DNA of 63,157 nt, filler included, from Octopus bimaculoides (GCF_001194135.2; 4 parts of 4 records of this genome joined end to end with filler, not necessarily neighbours in it), one strand, 5' to 3'. Shown: positions 11,633 through 25,041, counted from the first letter of the whole stretch. The notes: generated from the letters alone by a model not told the origin. Translations and numbers: made by a program.

Positions 11633-12599
11633 CACACACGTACATATATATATTAACTTTTCTTTTCATCAACTGACTTCTGTGAATTATCACTCGTCTT
11701 CTGAATTCCAAGTATGTCTTTCAACTCAGCATGGAACCCACACATGTCATTGAACCCAACAGTTTTTGTAGTTAGATCGATATATTCTCCCACCACATTA
11801 ACTTCATTTTATAGGTATATCTCTGGTGTCAATGAATTTAGAGGAGCTAGATCGATCACCGAAACCCTGGAGATGTTTTCTACTGAGTTCGGTTGTAATG
11901 TTAAACAGCGAAGCCAAAATCGTAAGGAAACCAGCCTTGATATTTCATTGCTGGGTTTAACAAACATGGTTTTAACTGTGTCATACGCTGTGGGGCAGAT
12001 TTTTGCGCTTAGTTTTTCATGATTCCAGAGTTTCATCCATATCACTTTCGTGAATGGCTCATACTTTCCTATCGGACAGCCTTTCCGTTGTCAGTTTAAT
12101 AGGCTTGAAAAGAATGGCTCTAATTTGTTTGGGTTTAAAGGTATTGTCAAGGTTAACTTCGACCGAAACTTTGGGGTTTTTCAGTGCAAACATACATATA
12201 CATATCCGCTATGTATGTATGTATGTAAGTATGTTATTATTCAGTTCCATTTCAAGATTTTTTTGCCAATATAGAAAGATCCGGTTTCTAACCTAGATCC
12301 AAGGCTACTTCACTGGAATTTCAACATCAACAACAGGGTATTTTTGTATGTATGTATGTATGTATGTATGTATGTATGAAGATTTGTATGTTTTGATTTA
12401 TGTAGTACTATCATGCTTATAATTGCATATCCAGACATGCTCATATATACTTAAATGATAAACTTCTAATAATTCCGCCAATCACCATCATGAATGTTAC
12501 TTTACTTTTATTAACCCCGAGAGGATGAAAAGCAAAGTCAATCCGAGCAGGATTTGAACTTGTATTCTGATCCGAACAGGATCTGAATACAATTACTTC

Positions 12600-12660
12600 T
12601 ATTCAAACTGAGACACCTAATGCAGATCATAAACAATACATGGAAAGACAAAGTGTAATA
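12600..12660 (+). mobile_element. RTE-clade LINE fragment
   Basis: Translates to FKLRHLMQIINNTWKDKV, resembling the RTE motif FHxRCLRRILxIxWxDKV. Confidence 0.45.
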
Positions 12661-13267
12661 AGAGGTGATTGGCTATCGATACTCGCAGCTGTATTACGGT
12701 ATCTGAAGAGGTAAACTACTGGAGGATATCGATTCTCTTTTGATTCGCTGATAGACACTCATTTCACGTTGAATGTCATCATCAGCTATCGATGGACAGT
12801 TTATGAATACATGTATGATATAGTTGAGTGCTACCTGTCGTTTGACAGGTAAATTTGGAAATATGTGCTTTTGCCACCGTGGGAAATATCAGAAAATAAG
12901 GGGTACATATGAAAATTGTAATTTAACTTTAACAGAATTTTTCGTGCTTATTAAAAAAAAAATGTTAGAATGATAAATACTAATTTTCAAAAGGAAAATA
13001 TTTATTACCTCAAAATAAAAATGAAATAAGGCAAATTTCTCATTTATATAATTCCTCCCATAGTTATTCGGCTATATAATCCCTGTCATCCTGCCCCCCC
13101 TCCTCTTCATTTCTGCCTTTTAGTATATGTACCCATCCTTCACCTCTTACTTCAACTTTCTTTATATCTATCTTTTATTCTCTCTCTTTATTAGATACAA
13201 AGCGTGACTGGAGAAATAAAAAAACAAAAACAAAATTTATACCGGTTATTACACCCCACCATATATA

Positions 13268-13590
13268 CTCTTTTACTTGTTTCAGTCATTTGGCTGTGGC
13301 AATGCTGGAGCACCGCCTTTAGTCGAACTTATTGTTTGCAAGCCTAGTACTTCTTCTATCGTTATTTTTGTGCCGAACCGCTTGGTTACGAGGACGTAAA
13401 CACATCGGTTGTCATGCGATGGTGGGACACACACATATATACACGACGGGCTTCTTTCAGTTTCCGTCTACCAAATCCACTCCAAGGCTTTGGTCGGCCC
13501 GAGGCTATAGCAAGGTGCCACGCAGTGGGACTGAACCCAGAACCATGTGGTTGGTAAGCAAGCTACTTACCACACAGCCACTCCAACGCC
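13268..13590 (-). mobile_element. SINE family D
   Basis: TTTTACTTGTTTCAGTCATTTGGCTGTGGC...CTACTTACCACACAGCCAC. Confidence 0.85.
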
Positions 13591-13604
13591 TACACACACA
13601 CACG

Positions 13605-13702
<98 letters not shown>

Positions 13703-13751
13703 CATTCATACGTTAGTTTCTGTTTGTTGCCATAAAGCTTGAAAGTAGTGC

Positions 13752-13798
<47 letters not shown>

Positions 13799-14911
13799 CA
13801 ATTACATATATTTATCTAATTACATAATGGTGATTCCCTCTTACCTAACTAGGACTACTTTGTATTCATTTCTTTGTTTTCTTAAAGACTACATAGTTTG
13901 ATTTGAGGGATATTTGGCTATTATTTCTAACATGTCGATCAACCACACAGAGCCACATTTCCCCTTCCCGTAAACACACAATCATTATTAATTGGTGAAT
14001 ATCAAGAAACAAAACTCTTTTATAGGTTCGAATACTTTGGAAAAATATTTAAAGCTTTGGTATAAACGTACGAGTTCATTTGCCTTGTTTGATCTGTTTG
14101 GATGTCCGTCTAACTTCCAGACTTGCAGATTTTTTTTTATCAACTTAATGATTCATAATCCCCACACTCTATCAGAAACATTGATGTCACAAGATATACA
14201 ATTGTTATTTGACAATCAACAAAATACATTCAAATTTTAATTTGCCATTTTAATTATTCAAGTCATGTTCGTTTGAGTTATATCTTATCACTACCAAAAA
14301 ACAAAAAACAAACAAAAAAACAAAGAACAAAAAAAAAAATAAACCAAGAAAAATTCCAACCTAATCTTTTGATTATTGCCTGAACATAACAGAATGAAAA
14401 CTGACTGCTAATTTCTTCGGGTAATTAATTTCATTAATTATATATAATTATACATAACGAACAAAGGTGGAAAAAGTGGAATGAGATACTATCAACGATA
14501 ACAGCTGCAGTAGTATATCATACTATTTCCCTTCAGAAATACTACTACTACTACTATTACTACTACTGGTTTCAAAGTTTTGGCACAAGGTCAACGAGTT
14601 CGGAGGAGTGAGTAAGTTGATTACATCGACCCCAGTGTTCAACTGGTACTTATTTTATCGACCCCCCCCCAAAAAAAAAGAATAAAAGGCAAAGTTGACT
14701 CCAGTGGAATTTGAACANNNNNNNNNNNNNNNNNNNNNNNNNNNNNNNNNNNNNNNNNNNNNNNNNNNNNNNNNNNNNNNNNNNNNNNNNNNNNNNNNNN
14801 NNNNNNNNNNNNNNNNNNNNNNNNNNNNNNNNNNNNNNNNNNNNNNNNNNNNNNNNNNNNNNNNNNNNNNNNNNNNNNNNNNNNNNNNNNNNNNNNNNNN
14901 NNNNNNNNNNN

Positions 14912-14992
<81 letters not shown>

Positions 14993-14993
<1 letters not shown>

Positions 14994-15206
14994 CCTTTCT
15001 ACTAAAGGCATGAGGCCCGAAATTTGGGAGAGGGTGATAGTCGATTATATCGACCCCAGTGCGTAACTGGTACTTAATTCATCGACCCCGAAAGGATGAA
15101 TAGCAAAGTCGACCTCGGCGGGATTTGAACCCAGAACGTAGCGGCAGGCGAAATACCGCTAAGTATTTCACCCGGCGTGCTAACGATTCTGCTAGCTCGC
15201 CGCCTT
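14993..15206 (-). mobile_element. SINE family B between (TAG)n/(TAA)n and (TGA)n microsatellites
   Basis: Family B core; a partial copy also lies at about 14570-14717. Confidence 0.8.
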
Positions 15207-15213
15207 AATAATA

Positions 15214-15316
<103 letters not shown>

Positions 15317-16287
15317 GGGATGGAATCAATAAGTCACAAAGAATAAACAAAGAAAATAGAAGCCAGAAATAATTAATCAATCATTTGAAATTGTAAATAT
15401 AATTTGGAAAATACTGATAACAATGTTGAATATGCATATAAGTGTGATTATTATTAATGACTGCAAGACAAAAGAACAGAACGAGACTCCAAAGACTAGA
15501 TTTTCAGATTGAAGATGATATAGTAGTTCGTTTGTGTTGGTGTACCATATATGTACACTGTTGTGTGCATACTTAGACGTCATAGTCACACACCTGCAAA
15601 TGCACACACACTCATACATTCACACGCAAGCACACACGACACACACACATATATATGAATTGTTGGATGACTGATGGGTAATACGTCCAATGCTTACGCT
15701 TTCACTCTTATACACGCACATACATACACACAGACACATACATACATACATATATACACACACATATACATGCATACATATAAGCCTATTCACATAGATG
15801 CACATATTATGAATAAATGTTTAGATATTTATGTTTATATAAGCTTGAATGATTATATGTTTATATACACTTGAATATTAATATGTGCATATATGCGTAT
15901 GTGTTTCTATATTGATAAATCTATGTTTGTTTGTGTGTATATATTCTGTATATATAAGAATATATGTGTATATATGTGTTTACCTGATTAGGATATGTAT
16001 TGATAATTTTGCCAGTTTTCAAACTCAATTAACAATGCGCATGTGCAATCGCGTGCCTGTATATAATGTATACATCATGAAACGAAAATGAGCTGACAGA
16101 ATTGTGTGCGGCTTAAAGAAAGAAAAGTATGCTAAATAACAAAATATTCTTGATTCCTTGCAATTATCTTCGATTTGACAGAAGATAAACAAACAGACAA
16201 CGGCAATTGCAGCCGATTCTGAATAACAAGGGGAGATAATCTTAAGGATTAAAAAATCTGCAGAATGAACATATTTCACAAACATAA

Positions 16288-16324
<37 letters not shown>

Positions 16325-16357
16325 GATAGTCGTACTGACCTCTTAAGATCGCCGAAT

Positions 16358-16580
16358 AACATTGGTTTCAAATTTTAGCACAAGGCCAGCAAGCTTAGTT
16401 GGAGGGGGTAAGTCTATTACATCGACTCCCAGTACTTGACTGGTACTTTTTTTTTATCAACCCCGAAAGAATGAAAGGCAAAGTCGACCTCGGCGGAATT
16501 TGAACTCAGAACGTAAAGACAGACGAAATGTTGCTAATTATTTTACCAGGTGTGCTAACGATCCTGCCCGTTCGCCGCCT
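16358..16580 (-). mobile_element. SINE family B with a degenerate TSD
   Basis: Flanks TTAAGATCGCCGAATAA and TTGAGATCGTCGAGTAA. Confidence 0.8.
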
Positions 16581-17016
16581 TGAGATCGTCGAGTAATTTT
16601 GCCAATCAATCCGGTTGTCTTCGCTCTGTGTTCAAATCCCATCTAGGTCAACGTTGTCTCTCATCCTTTCAAGTCCGATAAATAAAGTACAATGCTGGTT
16701 TATCTCTGTGTCTTTAAAAAATAGAGATTTTCTGCAATGAAGCCATCCGCGTTTTTAGCTATTTCTTCAGTACCTCATTTATAGAATACACGTTTTATAA
16801 GTTAAAAGTAAATATGCTTTAATGTTTCTCGAAAAAATCCCTCCTAATCTATAAATAATCTTTCTAAGACTGTTTTTCTTATTATTGTTCCCTAAAATAT
16901 TTTAAGTTTCCACTTTTGATTTTTCCATATTATGGTATCTGGTAATATGGTTTTCCCTATTCCAAGCATTCGATTCGATATTCCAGTTTTTCTCTCTTTT
17001 AATATTCAGAGTTCTT

Positions 17017-17236
17017 AGGCAGCGAATTGGCAGAATCGTTAGCACGCCGGACGAAATGCTTAGCGGCATTTCGTCCGTCTTTACGTTCTTAGCTCAAATT
17101 CCGCCGATGCCGACTTTGTCTTTAATCTTTTTGGGGTCGATAAAATAAGTACCAGTTGAACCCTGGTGTCGATGTAATCGACTCACCCACTTCCTTTGAA
17201 ATTGCTGGTCTTGTGCCAAAACTTGAAATCAATATT
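17017..17236 (+). mobile_element. SINE family B
   Basis: AGGCAGCGAATTGGCAGAATCGTTAGCACGCCGG head; flanked by AATATTCAG on both sides. Confidence 0.85.
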
Positions 17237-17286
17237 CAGTCCTTGCACTCGGCACTATGTAAAGTACATACGAGTGTGAATGCATG

Positions 17287-17326
<40 letters not shown>

Positions 17327-17481
17327 CACACACACGTGTGTGTATATGCACACATGTACGCACTTGCATTCGTACATACATACATATATATATACGTACA
17401 TAGAGATATACAAATGCACACACACATAAATGTGTATAGATATAAACGTACGTATCTCTTACTATCTCTCTGAATGTGTGC

Positions 17482-17526
<45 letters not shown>

Positions 17527-18923
17527 GACAGACAGATAGAACAAGGACCTAACACACAGACCAGCTGGTCGAAATTAAAACTTAATATTTTATAACTTGA
17601 GTATATGAATTATGTGCAATTCGATATTTTATTCAATTTATAAAAATTAGTTCTTATGAGAAAAGAGCATTCATAATTGTATACAATAAATAAAAAATGT
17701 GTCCCTCTGACTCTCTGCCGGTCTGTCCGTCTGTCCATCTGTCCATCTGTCCATCTGTCCATCTGTCTGTCTGCCTGTTTGTCCGTTCGTCTGCCCGTCT
17801 GTCTGTCTGTCTGTACGTATGTATGTGCGTATGCTTGTTCTCTTCTGTTATTAATTATTTACATTCTTCCTCTGAAAAAGGAGTTCATTTCTAATTTTAA
17901 ACTTGAGAAAAGACTTGAATTTTTTTACTGTCCCACCAACTGATTGTATTTGTAATGTGCGAATTAGATGGTTGATTTCTTTTCTGAAAAACCTAGCTAA
18001 TCCAGATTGTCACTTAGGAATGTATGTATGTCTGTGTGTATGTATATATATCTATATTATATTATATATGTATGTGTGCTTACACTAAGCTCCTCCTTCT
18101 GTGGTAATGCAGAAACTATTGTATATACCATAATTTTCCAAGGGTTCTATTACTATTTAATCTTTGTCTAATGAGATGTATATAGATCACATGTAATATG
18201 CTGCAATATTACACAATTATGTTCATATTACAAAATTATGTTCCTGGCTTTAAGGTTATCGCGAAAGGCCTGGCTGGAGTCCAACCATCCGAGTTCTTTT
18301 ACAGGGCCTAGAAAAACTAAAAGATTGGTACAATAGGTGTGTGAATTACTTATAAATATATATAATCTCTTTTGAGTTAAAAATCTTTCTTTGGGTGTGT
18401 AGGTTTCAGTGGAGTGGTAATCAGGTTTTTATATATAAGTGTTTTGGAGAAATATTTTATTGATTAAATTTGGTGTTATATTATTGTTTAAAATTCATTC
18501 ATGTACGTAGTACTTTGGTGATTCTCTTTTCTTAGGTAGGCACAAGGTGTGTGAGTACGTTTGTTGCTTTTGGTATTATTNNNNNNNNNNNNNNNNNNNN
18601 NNNNNNNNNNNNNNNNNNNNNNNNNNNNNNNNNNNNNNNNNNNNNNNNNNNNNNNNNNNNNNNNNNNNNNNNNNNNNNNNNNNNNNNNNNNNNNNNNNNN
18701 NNNNNNNNNNNNNNNNNNNNNNNNNNNNNNNNNNNNNNNNNNNNNNNNNNNNNNNNNNNNNNNNNNNNNNNNNNNNTACACATATATATATACAGATATT
18801 AGGTTGTCTGAGAATGCTCAATGCCTCAGTGGCTTTAACTTCAGGCCTCTTTTTCTGCTTCCTCTACCTTGTACACTATACTTAGTATTCTCTCTCTTCC
18901 TCCTTTCGCGCTCTCTCTCCCTC

Positions 18924-18971
<48 letters not shown>

Positions 18972-19493
18972 CACACACATACACTCATATATTGTGACAT
19001 GTTGCCTGTTCAAAATCATAATAGTCATATAACTATAATGATACTTATTGATATTTTACTTATTGTAATCATCATCGTTATATCTATTCATATACATATC
19101 TATCAGCTCACAAATTCTCGTGCATTTTCTCGAACATTCATTCTCTTCTCATTCTTATTCCTTCTGTGAATTATTGATTCTTTTTTTAATTTCTGCTTTT
19201 TATTTCAAAGAACATAAAAAAATAGTGATCGAAACATCCGTAGGGAGGCCAAATTTTTCTACGTTCTTGATTTTTTTCATACATATCACTGTATAAGCGA
19301 AACAAAATGCCTCGTTCTGGTAGCATATGACCTCAAATCAAGGTACTATACTCTCGATGCTCTATTACCCTTCCTGTGTTAATATTAACACCGTCAGTTG
19401 TATATCATGTTACTAAAGCGAAGATCTGATCCGTTTCGTCAGTTGGGACTAGTTTCCTTCCTTCTGTCGGTAGTATAGTCAAGGGACACTTAC

Positions 19494-19553
19494 TCTCATA
19501 TTTCTCCACGTCCGTTGATCAAAGTTGATGTTCTTCTGTTGAATTTCATTCTC
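19494..19553 (-). other. Candidate 60-nt exon (possible upstream or 5'UTR exon)
   Basis: Acceptor tgtttcccccag, donor gtaagt. Phase-0 frame is open (ENEIQQKNINFDQRTWRNMR). No homology recognised. Confidence 0.3.
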
Positions 19554-19777
19554 CTGGGGGAAACAATTGAACCGTTTGTTATAAGACACTCGTAACCGAA
19601 CAATGCGGATCTTTTATTTTCTACAAATAATAGACATTCTTATTTCAGAGACAGACATAATATCTAAAGAAGCAAGCATTTTGAGAAGCAGTGACAAAAC
19701 GATAGAACGATTCTCCCTATCACTCATATAGCTACAAACTTATATTCGTTTAGCATAAAGTATATATATATATATAT

Positions 19778-19877
19778 NNNNNNNNNNNNNNNNNNNNNNN
19801 NNNNNNNNNNNNNNNNNNNNNTTAATTAATTAANNNNNNNNNNNNNNNNNNNNNNNNNNNNNNNNNNNNNNNNNNNN
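19778..19877. other. Synthetic scaffold spacer 44N-TTAATTAATTAA-44N
   Basis: Exactly 100 bp, with stop codons in all frames; identical construct at 48323 and 57727. Confidence 0.9.
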
Positions 19878-20734
19878 ATATATATATATATATGTCTGGT
19901 TATATATATATATGTCTGGTTTCTACACTGTTTCTGTCTACCAAATTTAATGATAGGCATTGGTTGGCCCAGGACTACAGCAAAAAACATTTGTCCAGGG
20001 TGTGCCACACAGTGAAACTGAACCTAGAACCTCATACTTGCAAAGTAAGCTTTTTAACCATACAGCAACCATAATAAACATGTGAATTACACATAAAAGA
20101 GGAAAAATTATTCTCTGTCAAGCATTATAAGGCTTATAACATCGACTTTTCTTTAATGGGAATTTATAACCAAGTTTTGTAATAGAATAAAGATTAAGCA
20201 GAATGGTTTAGGGGAGAGATTAATATTTTCTTTTTGTATTTTAATATTTTGCCAACCGGAATTCATTATTGCTTTACACATATCTTGACTAAGCAGACAT
20301 AATTTTCACCAGGAGGTGAAAAAGGGATATCTACATGAAGTAAATAAATTAAAAATGATAAAAAGACTCAACTCTGAATACATAAATTCGGTTTGCTAAT
20401 ACTTGAGATAATAGCAAACCTTTAATCTCTACCCCAAACCATTCTGTATATAATTTTATATTCTATTTCTTATTTAACTATTCTACAAAACTCACCAATA
20501 AATTCTCATTAAAAATATAAATGAAAAGAAAAATCATATAAGTCTCATAATCTCATAACTCAAAAAGTAATATCCTACCCTTTTTTTCTTCCTTCCTTCC
20601 TTCCTTCATTCATTCATTCATTTATTCATTCTTTCCTTTCTTCCAGTAACTCACATGTTTTGTGCATTTGAAGAGAAAGTGGATAAACAAAGATAAATCC
20701 TTAAAAAGAAATCTTAAATTTTGAACCCTACGGA

Positions 20735-20777
20735 GATGCACTGACGAGTGATATATTCTGAAACAGTTGTCAGTATA
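20735..20777 (+). ncRNA. Degenerate minimal type I hammerhead ribozyme (Penelope-like element remnant)
   Basis: CTGACGA-G(TGATATATTCT)-GAAAC-AGTT-GTC: CUGANGA and GAAA cores in the right order, 2-bp stem III, GUC cleavage triplet at 20769-20771. Confidence 0.55.
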
Positions 20778-21124
20778 TTATAGAGACAGTGAATCCTTAG
20801 CATAGTTCTAGTTCTACGAGCAATAACACAGCAATGTTACAAATGACGAGGAAAAAAAATACAATAAGTAAAACAAATATAAAAACAAAATGAACAAACG
20901 ATATTAATTAGAAAAAATAATCATGTATCAGAAAAATAATAAGAAGTAACAAAGATTAAAATTTAATTATTTTTCGCATTCTTAATTTTCCACACTAATC
21001 AACATCTAAATAATACCTACTTTATTAGTTTCTTAACCTGTTATTGATTGAAATAAATCTTGCAAAGCACAAGTTTACATCACCAATTAACCACATCTTC
21101 AATGCTGTTCACTTCTTTATTTTA

Positions 21125-21750
21125 TTCTTTCACTTGTTTCAGTCATTTGACTGTGGCCATGCTGGAGCACCACCTTAAAGGGTTTTTTAGTTAAAGAAAT
21201 CAACCCCAGGACTTATTCTTTGTAAATCTAGTACTTATTCTATCCGGTATCTTTTGCCAAACCACTAAGTTATGGGGATGTAAACACACCAACACCGGTT
21301 GTCAAGTGGTGATGAGGGGACAAACACAGACACAAAGACGCATACACATAAATATATACATATACACACACGACAGGCCTCTTTCAGTTTCTGCCTACCA
21401 AATCCTCTCGCAAGGCTTTGGTCAGTCCAAGGCTATAGTAGAAGACACTTGTCCAGGATGTCATGCAGTGGGACTGAACCCAAAACCATGTGGCTAGAAA
21501 GCAAGCTTCTTATTTCTTTATTGCCCAAGAGGGGCTACACACAGAGCGGACAAACAAGGACGGACAAATGGATTAAGCTGATTANNNNNNNNNNGCGTCT
21601 CTGGTACTTATTTAATCAACCCCGAAAAGATGAAAGGCAAAGTCGACCTCGGCGGAATTTGAACTCAGAACATAACGGCAGACGAAATACCGCTAAGCAT
21701 TTCGCCCGGCGTGCTAACGTTTCTGCCAGCTCGCCGCCTTCTTACCACAC
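21125..21750 (-). mobile_element. SINE family D interrupted by a family B insertion
   Basis: The D sequence AAGCTTCTTACCACACAG is split by the insertion, with TSD CTTCTTA at 21506-21512 and 21738-21744. Confidence 0.85.
21513..21737 (-). mobile_element. SINE family B nested in family D
   Basis: Full B head to tail between the 7-bp TSDs. Confidence 0.85.
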
Positions 21751-21751
21751 A

Positions 21752-21975
21752 GGCAGTGAGCAGACAGAATCGTTACTGCACTGAGAAAAGTGCTTAGTGG
21801 CATTCCCTCCATTTTTACATTTCTGAGTTCAAATTCTGCTGACGTCAACTTTGCCTTACATCCTTTTGTGGGGTCAATAAAATAAGTACCAGTTGAGTAC
21901 TGGGGTCGATGTAATTGAATTACACCTTCCCCTGAAATTACTGGCTTTGTGTCAAAAAATTTGAAATCAATATTA
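21752..21975 (+). mobile_element. SINE family B, head-to-head with the previous copy
   Basis: GCAGTGAGCAGACAGAATCGTT...GAAATCAATATT. Confidence 0.8.
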
Positions 21976-22062
21976 GTCATAAATAAGACAACGAGCTGGC
22001 AGAATCGTTAACACACCAAGTAAAATGCTTAGCAACATTTCCCTCATCTTTACATTTTGAGT

Positions 22063-22447
22063 CGTGGGGGCGCAATGGCCCAGTGGTTAAGGCAGCGGAC
22101 TCGCGGTCATAGGATCGCGGTTTCGATTCCCAGACTGGACGTTGTGAGTGTTTATTGAGCAAAAACACCTACAGCTCCACAAGGCTCCGGCAGGGGATGG
22201 TGGCAAACCCTGCTGTATTCTTTCACCACAACTTTCTCTCACTCTTACTTCCTGTTTCTGTTGTGCCTGTAATTCAAAGGGTCAGTCTTGTCATGCTGAA
22301 TATCCCCGAGAACTACGTTAAGGGTACACGTGTCTGTGGAGTGCTCAGCCACTTGCACGTTAATTTCACGAGCAGGCTGTTCCGTTGATCGGATCAACTG
22401 GAACCCTTGACGTCGTAAGCGATGGAGTGCAAACAACAACAACAACA
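22063..22447 (+). mobile_element. SINE family A, full length, nested in a family B copy (~21990-22590)
   Basis: TSD ACATTTTGAGT (22052-22062) and ACATTCTGAGT (22448-22458); (CAA)n tail. Confidence 0.9.
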
Positions 22448-23201
22448 ACATTCTGAGTTCAAATTCTGCTGAAGTCGACTTTACTTTTCATCCTTTCGGG
22501 GCTGATAAAATAAGTACCAGTTACGCACTGATATAATCAACTTATACCCTTCCCTGAAATTACTGGCCTTTTGCCAAAATCTGAAACCAATATTAGTCAT
22601 AAATCATAATTCTTGTATATGGTTGTATGTAATAAGAATAACAGTGACACAAACATGTAACAGAATTAGTTTAACTTATTTAAATTACAATATCATACAC
22701 ATAACCTTAATGTATTTACATTTCCATGCTTTTATGTGGTTAAACTGAGCAGTCAATAAAAACAAAAAAAAAAGATAAATAAACAAAATAAAATTCCAAG
22801 TAAAATCAGTGAAAAAAAAACACATAAAATTATGTTGATTTTATGTTAAACTTTGTTGTTACGTGAGATACATTAATGGATTATGTTTACATATTATGTA
22901 TGTATATATATTATATACTGCTTTTTGTGTGAACCGCCTTCTGATGTCACACACACTTCGGTACCACCACTGCCATGACCCACCCAGTCTACTGATAGTG
23001 TCACCTGGTGCAACCCACACACCATACCTTACTCTCCCCCCACCCCCACTTGTGACGCTACTGATGTGGAGAATAGGATGCGTTTGATGGAGTTTGTTTG
23101 GCCCATTCAAATTATTGTGGTAAATATTTGTAAACCTAAAATACATACACATTCACACACACATAATGTATGCATGTAAACACACACACACACACACATA
23201 C

Positions 23202-23252
<51 letters not shown>

Positions 23253-23431
23253 TATATATATATGAATATATATATACACATATATATATANNNNNNNNNN
23301 NNNNNNNNNNNNNNNNNNNNNNNNNNNNNNNNNNNNNNNNNNNNNNNNNNNNNNNNNNNNNNNNNNNNNNNNNNNNNNNNNNNNNNNNNNNNNNNNNNNN
23401 NNNNNNNNNNNNNNNNNNNNNNNATATATAC

Positions 23432-23477
<46 letters not shown>

Positions 23478-23574
23478 GTATATGTGTTATATGTGAATGT
23501 ATGTGTGTATGAGTATATGTGTATATAAGAATGTCTGCATGAATATGCATAATGTATATTATGTGAGAGAGTTC

Positions 23575-23952
23575 ATTTCAAGAAACTTGTACAAATTGTT
23601 ATGGCAGCTCTCTCAGTGAAATAAAGCTAGATCAAGGACTGAATGTGTTTGGAAGTATTTCATTTGTTCAGTGATTATGGCAGCAGAGTAGGAAACAAAA
23701 GCCGTATGAAGGCAGTGAGGATTGGAACAAATTTAGTTTGTACAAGCTATTATGGCAGATATCATCAGTGGAATGGAAATATATGATGTGTCGGGTGTGG
23801 TCTGAAGAGTTACAGTTTGTTCAAGAGATTATGGCTGAAGAATAGGAAAGAAAGCTTTGTGCAATGTAGAGAGGATTTGGACAAATTTAGTTTGTACCAA
23901 TTATTATGGCAGATATCTGTAGAATGAAGATATATATATTGTGTGCATGTGA

Positions 23953-23999
<47 letters not shown>

Positions 24000-24011
24000 N
24001 NNNNNNNNNNN

Positions 24012-24080
<69 letters not shown>

Positions 24081-24550
24081 TGCAAATATACACACATATG
24101 CATACATATATGTATGTATGCATCTACATATATATGGTGTATGGAGGGTGTTTGAAGAATTTTAGTTTGTTCAGGTGATTATCAGAGATAAGAAAGAAAC
24201 AAAGTTATATTGAATGTTAAGAGTGATTGAGGGAAATTAGTATGTAGCAATTATTACAGCAGATATCCGTGGAAAGAAAGATGTATGGTGCATGGAAGGT
24301 ATGTTTGAAGAATCTCAGTTTGTTCAGGTGATTGTGGTAGATAAGAAGGAAACAAAGTTGTAGTGGATGCGAAGAATGTTTGAGGAATTTTAGTTTGTCC
24401 AAGTATTTATGGTAGATATCGGTAAAAGAAAGATATGTGTTGCATAGAGAGTACTCGGAGAAATTTTGGTTTGTTTATATGATTATAATAAGTAAGAAGG
24501 AAATAAAAAGAGTTTTGAATATAAAAAATGTATGAAGGAATTTAGAGAAT
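23575..24550. repeat. Diverged tandem array, ~76-bp unit with alternating A/B subtypes, interrupted by a microsatellite expansion
   Basis: Motif TTTAGTTTGT(T/A)CAAG..ATTATGGCAG recurs near 23580, 23658, 23731, 23810, 23885, then 24160, 24236, 24313, 24388, 24464. Confidence 0.8.
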
Positions 24551-24561
24551 TTGTGGATATA

Positions 24562-24943
24562 TTGTGGGTGTGTGGTAAGAAGCGTGCTTCCCAACCATAT
24601 GGTTGTGGGTTCAGTCCTACTATGTGGAAAACTGGGTAAGTGATTTCTAGTATAACCTTGGGCCAACCAAATCGTTGTGAGTGGATTTGGTAGATGGAAA
24701 CTGAAAGAAGTCTATTGTGTGTGTGTGTGTGTCTACATTTGTCCCCGTCACTGCTTGGCAACCGGTTGATGGTGTATTTACATCCCCATAAACTTAATGG
24801 TTTGGCAAAAGAGACCAATAGAATAAGTACCGGGCTTAAAAAAAATAAGAACTAGGGTCAATTCATTTGACAAGAAAAAAATCTTCAAGGTGGTGCCCCA
24901 GCATGGCCACAGTCTAATGACTGAAACAAGTAAAAGATAAAAG
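24562..24943 (+). mobile_element. SINE family D
   Basis: Family D head, body and GTAAAAGATAAAAGA tail. Confidence 0.85.
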
Positions 24944-25041
24944 ATATGGTGTTTAGAGGCTGTTTGAAAGAATTCAGTTTCTTTTTGGTTTGTTCAAGTA
25001 AAATATATCGGAAAAAACTGAAGAGTGACACAAAAATAAAA

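Noticed and set aside
16160-16230. SESAAIAVVCLFIFC as the SCP signal peptide
   Set aside because: No Met and no in-phase donor.
19822-19833. TTAATTAATTAA as a conserved regulatory or PacI-like site
   Set aside because: Always centred in exactly 44+44 Ns, so it is an assembly linker.
23575-24550. CRISPR array or decayed C2H2 zinc-finger cluster
   Set aside because: Linkers are homologous in alternate units and there are no cas genes. The period is ~76 bp rather than 84, with no HTGEKP linker.
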